Below, piece by piece: positions 1 to 7,021 of a DNA stretch of 18,113 nucleotides. Each line of letters starts with the position of its first letter. The stretch's first letter is position 1. The position numbers and the translations under genes were made by a program. Source of the stretch: Myxococcales bacterium (GTDB taxonomy: Bacteria; Myxococcota_A; UBA9042); NCBI GenBank assembly GCA_037441385.1, contig JBBISH010000122.1:1-18113 (forward strand). Direction: 5' to 3'. The notes under the pieces were generated by a model. The model was not told where the DNA came from, made no database searches, and saw nothing but the letters and a program-made list of their open reading frames with translations.

Positions 1-1107
1 GCCGATGGCGATGGCGTGGCCGACACTGCGGACAACTGCAAGATGCTGGCGAACGCCGACCAAGCCGATACCGATGGCGACGGCCTGGGCAATGCTTGCG
101 ACGCAGACATCGACAACGACGGCGTGGCCAACGCCAGCGACAACTGCCCGTTGGCGGCCAACACCGACCAGGCCAACCACGACCTGGACGCCCAGGGCGA
201 CGCCTGCGACAGCGACGATGACAACGACACCGTGCCGGATGCCATCGACAATTGCTCGCTCGTCGCCAATGCCGCGCAGACGGACAGCGACAGCGACGGC
301 CTGGGCGACGCCTGCGATCCCGACTTGGATGGCGACGGCGTGGCCAACACCACCGACAACTGCCCGGCGGTGGCCAACGCCACTCAGTCGGACTTGGACG
401 CCGACGGCCAGGGCGACGCTTGCGACGGCGATTTGGATGGCGACGGCGTGGCCAACACCGCGGACAACTGCGTCAGCGCCGCCAACGCCAACCAGGTCGA
501 CTTGGACGGCGACGGCCTGGGCGACGCCTGCGACCCGGATCTGGACGGCGACGGCGTGCTGAACGGCAAGGACAATTGCGTCGGACTGGCCAACGCCAAC
601 CAGGCGGACTTCGACGCCGACGGTCAGGGCGACGCCTGCGACCCCGACGACGACAACGACGGTGTGGCCGACGCGACCGACAACTGCCAGTTCGTGGCCA
701 ACCCGAACCAGAGCAACTTTGACGGCGACAGCTTGGGCGACGCATGCGACCCCGACGACGATAACGACGGCGTGGTCGACGCCGCCGACCTTTGCGCCAG
801 CACCGCAGTCGGGTCCATCGTGGATCCCAGCAACGGCTGCTCGATCCCGCAGTTGTGCCCCTGCGCCGGCCCGCGCGGCCAGACGCTGGCGTGGAAGAAC
901 CACGGCGCCTACGTCTCGTGCGTGGAGAAAGCGGCCGAGACCTTCGAGAAAAAGAAGCTGATCTCGGAGAAGGCCGCGGACAAGACGACGGCGGCGGCCG
1001 GGCAATCGTCGTGCGGCAAGTCGCAGACCAAGCAGCCCGACAAGGGCGAGGCCGAGCGCAAGTCAGACCACAACAGCGACGATAGCCTCGAAAAGTGTGA
1101 GCACTAG
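1..1107 (+). CDS. Thrombospondin type-3 (Ca-binding) repeat protein, 5'-truncated
   Basis: Frame is open from base 1 (ADGDGVAD...). It has 7 full DxDGDGV..DNC...AN..Q.D.D.DG.GDACD units with an exact 108-bp period (DNC codons at 31, 139, 247, 355, 463, 571, 679), then a Cys/WKNHGAYVSCV C-terminal domain and TAG at 1105-1107. Confidence 0.92.
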   Translation, partial: ADGDGVADTADNCKMLANADQADTDGDGLGNACDADIDNDGVANASDNCPLAANTDQANHDLDAQGDACDSDDDNDTVPDAIDNCSLVANAAQTDSDSDGLGDACDPDLDGDGVANTTDNCPAVANATQSDLDADGQGDACDGDLDGDGVANTADNCVSAANANQVDLDGDGLGDACDPDLDGDGVLNGKDNCVGLANANQADFDADGQGDACDPDDDNDGVADATDNCQFVANPNQSNFDGDSLGDACDPDDDNDGVVDAADLCASTAVGSIVDPSNGCSIPQLCPCAGPRGQTLAWKNHGAYVSCVEKAAETFEKKKLISEKAADKTTAAAGQSSCGKSQTKQPDKGEAERKSDHNSDDSLEKCEH

Positions 1108-1123
1108 CCCGAACTAGGCCGAT

Positions 1124-1168
1124 CGATCCGGAGCGCGCCTGCAGCTCATGGCGGCGCGCTCCGGGTCG
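1124..1168. terminator. GC-rich inverted repeat between convergent genes (terminator/REP-like)
   Basis: CGATCCGGAGCGCGCC (1124-1139) pairs with GGCGCGCTCCGGGTCG (1153-1168): 15/16 Watson-Crick plus one G-U. There is no U-tract. Confidence 0.5.
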
Positions 1169-1250
1169 CAGCGGCTCCCTCGCAACCCAGCCCACGGCTG
1201 GACCTGCAGCTCCGCAATCCCGTTGACCGGCGCAGCGCGCGGCCAGGTCA

Positions 1251-1382
1251 TACGCACCCCACCTGATTCGCGGCTGTACGGCTTTTCTGACCCGTTCTGC
1301 AACCGGCGAGAATCAGGCGAGGACCCCGGTTCGGGCCCGAAGAATTGCCCGAGTTTTCGATCCGATTCAGACGGAATTGGTA
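1251..1382 (+). repeat. 132-bp interspersed repeat, full copy A
   Basis: TACGCACCCCACCTGATTC...GAATCAGG..GACCCCGGTTCGGGCCCGAAGAATTG...CGATCCGATTCAGACGGAATTGGTA. It is 114/132 identical, ungapped, to the copy at 5462-5593 (hand count). Confidence 0.95.
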
Positions 1383-1390
1383 CCAGGCCA

Positions 1391-2221
1391 CTACGGCTGT
1401 GCTCCGCCTACTCGGAACCGCAAGCAGTAGTAGAAGCGGCTCACCGGCTCGGCGAGCACGTCCCAGGCCTGGGCGGGCAGCGCCTCGCTGGGGCAGTGCG
1501 GATGGCGGTCGTAGAACGTCAGGGCGGCAAACCACAGGCGCGGCCACAGGCCATGGCGACGGCCCTTCTCTAGCTCTTCGTCCACCACCACGATCGGCGT
1601 ACCCGGCCGCGCCACACGCGCCATCTCGGCCAAAGCCTTGCCTGGATTAGAAAAACCGCCAATGCCGCCCACGTGGAACACCCGGTCAAAGCTGCCATCG
1701 GCAAACGGTAGCGCGTGGGCATCGCCCTGCAGCAGGCGCACATCGCGGCGCCCCGACTTGGCCAAGCGGTCGCGGCACACCCGCAGCATGCCCGTCGACA
1801 AGTCCAAGCCCCAGTATTCGCAGGCCACGCCGGGCGGCAGCGCCCGCTGCACCAGTTCTACGTTTACCCCAGTGCCGATGCTGACTTCCAACACGCGCAG
1901 TACTTGCCCTGCCGGCGCCTGGCCCAGCTCCAGCCGGCGGATATAGCCATCGCGCATGGCCGGCTCGGTGCCTTCTAGCTGCCAAATTGGCAAAAGGTAG
2001 TGCACCGCCGGGTCGTGCAAGCGCGGCAGGTTGTCGTAGAAGTGCCGCATCAGGCGGTCGGGGCCGCGCACCCAAGCTTCGCGGTACAGGACCGGCAGGC
2101 CGTGCACGACTGGCCACTCCTCGCGGCAAGCGGTGCAGGCCAGGCCGGGCCCGCGTTCAAGAAGGGGCGCGCGGCAGGTTGGGCAGCGCAGCAGGGCCAG
2201 GTCGGCGGCGGTCAAGCGCAT
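1391..2221 (-). CDS. Class I SAM-dependent methyltransferase with N-terminal Trm112-like Zn ribbon
   Basis: N-terminal CPTC...CTAC...WPVVHGLPVL; motif I VLEVSIGTG; GLDLS; GDAHALPFADGSFD; EMARVARPG. Confidence 0.88.
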   Translation of the reverse strand: MRLTAADLALLRCPTCRAPLLERGPGLACTACREEWPVVHGLPVLYREAWVRGPDRLMRHFYDNLPRLHDPAVHYLLPIWQLEGTEPAMRDGYIRRLELGQAPAGQVLRVLEVSIGTGVNVELVQRALPPGVACEYWGLDLSTGMLRVCRDRLAKSGRRDVRLLQGDAHALPFADGSFDRVFHVGGIGGFSNPGKALAEMARVARPGTPIVVVDEELEKGRRHGLWPRLWFAALTFYDRHPHCPSEALPAQAWDVLAEPVSRFYYCLRFRVGGAQP

Positions 2222-2250
2222 GGTTGGGTCATCCTTGGTCGGCGGTCGCC

Positions 2251-2310
2251 AGTGCGGTCTCTGCTAGTGCGGTCTCTGCTAGTGCGGTCTCTGCTAGTGC
2301 GGTCTCTGCC
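2251..2310. repeat. Tandem repeat, 4 x 15 bp (AGTGCGGTCTCTGCT)
   Basis: Three identical units plus a fourth ending in C, with no spacers. Confidence 0.97.
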
Positions 2311-2336
2311 ACCTGCAGGTCGTACGCAGCTTCGAG

Positions 2337-2445
2337 TCCGCACCCCACCTGATTCACGCCTATACGCTTCTTCTGACCCGTTGTGCAACTGGCCAGAATC
2401 AGGCAGGGACCCCGGTTCGGGCCCGCAGAATCGGCGACTGTCTCG
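2337..2445 (+). repeat. 132-bp repeat family, copy B (similarity lost after about 2445)
   Basis: TCCGCACCCCACCTGATTCACGCCTATACGCTTCTTCTGACCCGTTGTGCAACTGGCCAGAATCAGGCAGGGACCCCGGTTCGGGCCCGCAGAAT aligns ungapped to copies A and C. Confidence 0.92.
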
Positions 2446-2552
2446 GAACAAGTCCATCACTTCCGAATACCGCCGCGGCGAATCGACCCAAAGGCCGTGA
2501 GCCTACGACCCGCCGAGCAGCCGAAATGTTCAAGTTGTCTCATTACAGGACC

Positions 2553-2590
2553 TTGCTGGAATTCTCAAACCGATCCCGACGGATTCCGGA
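2553..2590 (+). repeat. 132-bp repeat family, degenerate 3'-end fragment B'
   Basis: AATTCTCAAACCGATCCCGACGGATTCCGGA aligns ungapped with AGTTCTCGATCCGATTCGAGCGGATTCCATG (end of copy E) and ends flush with the SDR stop codon. Confidence 0.65.
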
Positions 2591-3457
2591 TCAGTTGCCG
2601 GGCGGGTACTTGTCGGCGTCCCACTCGTCGTAGAGCAGGCAGTCAAGCAAGCTCTGCGCCTGGCCACCCGTAAAATCGATGGTCGCGCCGTTGAACCACT
2701 GCGCCTCGGGTCGCAGCAGCAACGAAACAAAAGCCCCCACTTCTGGCGTCTGCAGCATGCGCCGGGCCGGGATGGCCTGGGCGACCACCTCGCAAAAGCG
2801 CTGCCACTTTTCGGGCGTAAAGGCCCGTTTGACCGCGGGGGTATCCACGGTGCCAAAGTTCAAGAGGTTGACGCGGTAGCCCAGGGGCCCCATCTCCCAC
2901 GCCAAGTGGCGGACGTAGACCTGCAGGGCCGCCTTGGCCGCGGTGATGAGTCCAAAGTTGTGGATCAGCGACTCGGAGATGGGGTTGGTCAAGCCAAGCA
3001 GATGCGCCCCCGGCGCAAGCAACTGCCGCTCGTGCAGGGCCTGCGCCCACCACGCGAAGGAATTAGCCATGCTGTCCATGGTCTTGTGAAAGTTCTGCTC
3101 GATGAACGGCCGAAACGCGCCATCGCGACCAGCCAAGAACATCCCCAGCGAGGCGTTGGCAATGGCGTGCACGCAGAGCCGCACCGAGCCCTTGGGGACC
3201 AGGCTGGCCAGATGGTCCGCCGCCGCCGCCACGCCGGCATAGGTACCCACGTCGCCGATATGGAATTCGCTGCGACGGCCCAGACTTGCTAGCTCATCGC
3301 GCAGCTCGGCGACTTGCTCGGGCCAGTGGCCACGGTGGGCACCAAAAACGTGGAGCCCCGGGTCGCGGGCCACGGCGCGGGCGATCTCGCGGCCATTCCC
3401 CGACGACACGCCAAGGATGACCGCCCACTGCTCTACTGCTGCACTTGCTTCGCTCAT
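2591..3457 (-). CDS. SDR oxidoreductase, enoyl-ACP reductase (FabL/FabI)-like
   Basis: Rossmann motif ILGVSSGNG; KAALQVYVRHLAWEMGPLGYRVN; GTVDT; WFNGATIDFTGG. RBS GAGGAG lies just upstream of the ATG. Confidence 0.85.
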   Translation of the reverse strand: MSEASAAVEQWAVILGVSSGNGREIARAVARDPGLHVFGAHRGHWPEQVAELRDELASLGRRSEFHIGDVGTYAGVAAAADHLASLVPKGSVRLCVHAIANASLGMFLAGRDGAFRPFIEQNFHKTMDSMANSFAWWAQALHERQLLAPGAHLLGLTNPISESLIHNFGLITAAKAALQVYVRHLAWEMGPLGYRVNLLNFGTVDTPAVKRAFTPEKWQRFCEVVAQAIPARRMLQTPEVGAFVSLLLRPEAQWFNGATIDFTGGQAQSLLDCLLYDEWDADKYPPGN

Positions 3458-3491
3458 CGTCTCCTCAGTTGGCCTTGGGCGCGGCCGCGGG

Positions 3492-4232
3492 CTACGCCGT
3501 TGCCGAGCGGCGCAGGCCGTCGAGTTGCTGCTGGACCGCCGCCTTCACCGCACGATGAGCGCGCAAGAGCCCGTCGGGCTGGCCATCGTCGCCCACCAGC
3601 GCGCGCACGTCGAGGGGCGCACCGATCGCTTGGCGAATCGCAACCGGGAACGGCGGCGAAAAGGGGAAGGGCCCCAGCGGACCCACGCCCAGCCACAAGG
3701 GCAACCGCGCCGGGATGCGCAAGCGCTTGCCCCACGCTGCGCCATCGTTCAGGCCCAAGTACAGGTCGTCGACACCCAGGGCCGCCACCGGCACAATCGG
3801 CAGACCGTAGCGCAATGCCAGCCTGAGGTAGCCCGTGCGGTCGCCCCAATCGACCTGATAGCGCTCGGTAATCGAGCGACAACCCTCGCGTGTCCCGCCG
3901 GGAGCCACCAGAACGTGCTCGCCGCGCGCCACCGCGGCCACCAACTCGGGACCGTCCGCCGCGACAAAGCCCAAATCTCGGGTCAGCTGAGCCAGCGGCC
4001 CGACGGTAAAGCTGCCGTGGACGATGCCGTGCGGCAAGTAACCCAGGCGACCATGCAAATGCGCAGAAAGAATACACAAATCCCAGGCAAGTGGCCGACC
4101 GTGGTAGCCCACGATGAGCTTGGCGCCGCCGCTGAGCAGGTGCTCCATGCCGGTGGCGGTGTAGCGATGGGCGACGCCAAAGGTGCGCCAACCGCGCACC
4201 CAGGCCTGCACCGCCAGTGGCTGCCGCGCCAA
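3492..4232 (-). CDS. Lysophospholipid/diacylglycerol acyltransferase (PlsC/DAGAT-like)
   Basis: IVGYHGRPLAWD (extended HxxxxD), VAPGGTREG, RTGYLRLAL, PIVPV, IGAP. The TTG start is uncertain. Confidence 0.82.
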   Translation of the reverse strand: MARQPLAVQAWVRGWRTFGVAHRYTATGMEHLLSGGAKLIVGYHGRPLAWDLCILSAHLHGRLGYLPHGIVHGSFTVGPLAQLTRDLGFVAADGPELVAAVARGEHVLVAPGGTREGCRSITERYQVDWGDRTGYLRLALRYGLPIVPVAALGVDDLYLGLNDGAAWGKRLRIPARLPLWLGVGPLGPFPFSPPFPVAIRQAIGAPLDVRALVGDDGQPDGLLRAHRAVKAAVQQQLDGLRRSATA

Positions 4233-5207
4233 CTAGCCCACCTGCCAGAGCATTGCGCCCCAAGCCAGACCGGCGCCCACGCCGATGACCAGCACCCTTT
4301 GCCCGGCTTGGACCTGCCCGGTGCGGTACAGGCTGTCCAGCCCTACCGCCATCGACGCCGAGCCAACATTGCCAGTCCACTGCACTACCGGCACCAGCTT
4401 GGCCCGATCAAGGCCAAAATAGTCGGTAATCTGGTCCAGCATCGCGCCATTGGGCTGGTGCGGGACGATCCAGTCCACCTCGTTCCAGCTGAGGCCGGTG
4501 CGGGCAAAGATGGCTTGCGCGCTCTGGCCCAGGCCCAGCAGCGCCACGTCGGTGATGTCGCGATTACTCTTTGAAAAAACAATGGTCTCGCGCTTGCCCG
4601 TCAGCCCGCCGTGGGCCTGCGTCACGGTGTCGCGCAGCTGGCCGCGGTTGCCAAAGGTGCTGGCCAGCACGCCCAGTCCGGCCGTGGGCTCGGCGGGCAC
4701 AACGATCGCCGCCGCCGCCGCGTCGCCAAACACTGCGTAAGGCCGCGGATCCGCTGGGTCGATGTGCCGCGAGCCCATCTCGGAGGCGACCACCGCGACC
4801 GGCCGGCCGCCGGTAGCGACATGGCGAGCCGCCAAGTCCAGGGCAGTCAAAAAGCCCACGCAGGCGTTGTTGACGTCGAACGCCGCGATGCTGTCCTGCA
4901 CGCCCAAGTGCTCGAGCACGGCGTTGGCATTGGCAGGCATGGCATAATCGCCGCCCGTCGAACAGGTTAGGATGAGCAGCCCCAGGTCGGTGGGTGCCAG
5001 CCCGGCACGGTCCAAGGCGTCGCGCACGGCTTCGGCGGCGCGGCTGGCGATGTCTTGGCCGGGCAGCGCGATGCTGCGGCGATCGATGCCGGTGCGCGCG
5101 TACAGCTCGGCGGGGTCGCGGCCAATGGCGGCGGCTACTTCAGCGGTGCTGCGCGGAGTGCCGGTCTGGCAACTTCCGGTCGCGGCGATGCGCGCGGGCA
5201 AGAACAT
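4233..5207 (-). CDS. 3-oxoacyl-ACP synthase III family protein (FabH/OleA-like)
   Basis: Catalytic triad motifs DVNNACVGF, VPHQPN and GNVGSAS; also RTGIDRR, FGDAAAA and GVGAGLAWG. ATG at 5207 is preferred over the TTG at 5228. Confidence 0.9.
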   Translation of the reverse strand: MFLPARIAATGSCQTGTPRSTAEVAAAIGRDPAELYARTGIDRRSIALPGQDIASRAAEAVRDALDRAGLAPTDLGLLILTCSTGGDYAMPANANAVLEHLGVQDSIAAFDVNNACVGFLTALDLAARHVATGGRPVAVVASEMGSRHIDPADPRPYAVFGDAAAAAIVVPAEPTAGLGVLASTFGNRGQLRDTVTQAHGGLTGKRETIVFSKSNRDITDVALLGLGQSAQAIFARTGLSWNEVDWIVPHQPNGAMLDQITDYFGLDRAKLVPVVQWTGNVGSASMAVGLDSLYRTGQVQAGQRVLVIGVGAGLAWGAMLWQVG

Positions 5208-5243
5208 CCAAGACGCCCCAGCGGCCAAGTGGCCAGGACGGCA

Positions 5244-5272
5244 ATCATGTCATGGGGTCCAGCCCTTGTCGA
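5244..5272 (-). promoter_or_regulatory. Candidate sigma70 promoter for the KAS III cluster
   Basis: The minus strand reads TCGACA-N17-CATGAT with TG before the -10, 36 bp upstream of the ATG. Confidence 0.35.
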
Positions 5273-5296
5273 CCGCCGGGCGTTTGCTTCGATTTG

Positions 5297-5357
5297 GGCG
5301 CCAGATCGGACCCCAAGAGTGACCGGCGTTTTGCTCCCAATTCAAATGGATTGCGGT
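5297..5357 (+). repeat. 132-bp repeat family, highly degenerate 3'-half fragment
   Basis: GGCGCCAGATCGGACCCCAAGAGTGACCGGCGTTTTGCTCCCAATTCAAATGGATT aligns ungapped to GACCCCGGTTCGGGCCCGAAGAATTGCCCGAGTTTTCGATCCGATTCAGACGGAAT at roughly two-thirds identity. Confidence 0.55.
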
Positions 5358-5399
5358 TCACCTGGGCTTGCGGCCCGCCTGTGCGCTCGCTGCAATGGG

Positions 5400-5430
5400 G
5401 TGGCCATGGAGCAAGTGGCCATGGAGCAAG
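5400..5430. repeat. Tandem repeat, 2 x 15 bp (GTGGCCATGGAGCAA)
   Basis: Two identical adjacent units, 5400-5414 and 5415-5429. Confidence 0.9.
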
Positions 5431-5461
5431 CCCCGCACGACGCGGCCGCGCCGGGCCGTCC

Positions 5462-5593
5462 TACGCACCCCACCTGATTCACGCCTACACGCTTCTTCTG
5501 ACCTGTTGTGCAACTGGCGAGAATCAGGAGGGGACCCCGGTCCGGGCCCTGAGAATTGCCCGAGTTCTCGATCCGATTCGGACGGAACTGGTA
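5462..5593 (+). repeat. 132-bp repeat family, full copy C
   Basis: TACGCACCCC...GACGGAACTGGTA. It abuts the TGA (tca, 5594-5596) of the minus-strand gene. Confidence 0.95.
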
Positions 5594-7021
5594 TCATGGG
5601 GCCATTGGGCACGCGGGCGGTGCAATCGCGGTGCATTTTGCGTACGCGCATTGCAGGCCATCGGCACACGCGTCGGCCAGCGGCGTGCAACTCTCGCCCA
5701 CCGCATGGCCCTTGGCGCAAGTCCCCATCGCTTCTGGCGCAGCGCGGTTGCACACCAGACCCGCCGCGCAAGGGGGATTCACCAGCGGATTGCACGCCTG
5801 ACCCAACGCAGGTGGATCGCCGCAGACCCCGGCCACGCACTGCAGCGGTGGTTTGCAGGGCAGCAAGTAACCCCCCTTGAGTCCAGGAGGTTTGCAGGCT
5901 TCGCCCTTGTCGGCCGGCCCGGCGCAGGTGCCTTTGCCCGCGGCACTTCCAGCGCAGTGCAGGTCGTGGCCCGCGCACTGATCGTCGACCTGGCACGGCT
6001 GGCCCACGGTGGCCGGCGGCAGACAAGCTCCAGCGCTGCCCGCGACATCGGCGCAGACCAGGTTGGCGCCGCAGGCGTTTTGAATGGCGCCGCGCATCCA
6101 GTTGCACTCGTCGCCGGCCTTGGGCACGACGCAGGTTCCGGGCTGGCTTGGGTCAGCCGTCACGCAGAGCGCCCCGCCCTCGCAGGTCCAACAGTTGGCA
6201 TTGACGCAAGTGCAAGCGGCGCCAACCTTGCTGAAGGGCTTGCACACGCCGTCGCAGTACGCTGCCTTTTCGCACCAGAAGGTGCAGGGTTGGCCGATCT
6301 TCGGGATCGGCGAACAGCTCATGGTGTCGGTATCGCAGAACTGTCCTTCGGGGCACGGTGTGCCGCAAGGGGTTGCGACCGTCGTTTTTTCGGCGGTGTT
6401 GGGGGTCCAGCAGGTGGTAGCATAGCTGGTCCCCTCGCCCGTCTTGGCGGTGCACCCCTGCCCGCCGGGGTTGTCCTGGTCGCACTTGCCCGGGCACCTT
6501 TCTGTGGTGGCCGTGCAGGCGCCGCTGGCGCAATCGCGGGCAACCGTGCAGGGTGCACCCACGGGCTGCGAGCCGCTCACCACCTCCCAGCACACGGCGG
6601 GCAGCTCGAATTGCCAAACACTCACACGCACATCACAGGCCTTGATCGCGTCGACACAAGCGCGTGCGGCCAGAGCATTGTAGGTAATGTAGGGGTCTGT
6701 AGGGGCCAAGGCCAGCCAGTTCAGGAACGGCCAATTGGCGTTCGACAGAGCGCGACAGCCGCCCACGGTGCCGTAGAGGGCTTCGCCCAGCACCGGACAG
6801 CTCACCGCCGCTTGGCAATACCGGTCCAAGAGAGTGTCGCGAAACTGCTCTTGGGGCAGCGGCGGCCCCGGATAGACTTTGCCAGCGTCGGCCAAGGTCG
6901 CCGCGTCACTGCTGTCGGCCTGGCCCACCGGCGGGCTCGCCGGACTGGAACAGCTGGCCAGAGCCAGCCAGGTCGCCGCCATCGCCAACGCGGAAACGGG
7001 CTTTGCACCTGCGCAATTCAT
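5594..7021 (-). CDS. Cys-rich lipoprotein (Dickkopf-like repeats, myxobacterial type)
   Basis: The ATG at 7021 overlaps the upstream stop (ATGA). Signal peptide with lipobox LASC; repeated G.PC....C..GL.C units. Confidence 0.8.
   Translation of the reverse strand: MNCAGAKPVSALAMAATWLALASCSSPASPPVGQADSSDAATLADAGKVYPGPPLPQEQFRDTLLDRYCQAAVSCPVLGEALYGTVGGCRALSNANWPFLNWLALAPTDPYITYNALAARACVDAIKACDVRVSVWQFELPAVCWEVVSGSQPVGAPCTVARDCASGACTATTERCPGKCDQDNPGGQGCTAKTGEGTSYATTCWTPNTAEKTTVATPCGTPCPEGQFCDTDTMSCSPIPKIGQPCTFWCEKAAYCDGVCKPFSKVGAACTCVNANCWTCEGGALCVTADPSQPGTCVVPKAGDECNWMRGAIQNACGANLVCADVAGSAGACLPPATVGQPCQVDDQCAGHDLHCAGSAAGKGTCAGPADKGEACKPPGLKGGYLLPCKPPLQCVAGVCGDPPALGQACNPLVNPPCAAGLVCNRAAPEAMGTCAKGHAVGESCTPLADACADGLQCAYAKCTAIAPPACPMAP

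Noticed and set aside
1251..1382. The repeat as a protein-coding module (RTPPDSRL... frame open in several copies)
   Set aside because: Differences between copies A and C fall 4/6/8 on codon positions 1/2/3 with most codon changes non-synonymous. There is no start or RBS, and open frames are common at this GC content.
2251..2310. CRISPR array (also considered for 17243-17306)
   Set aside because: The 15-bp units are head-to-tail with no unique spacers, and there are no cas genes.
5462..5593. tRNA or tRNA-derived identity for the multi-stem repeat
   Set aside because: The length and arm sizes do not fit a cloverleaf, and there is no properly placed T-loop, anticodon arm or CCA end.
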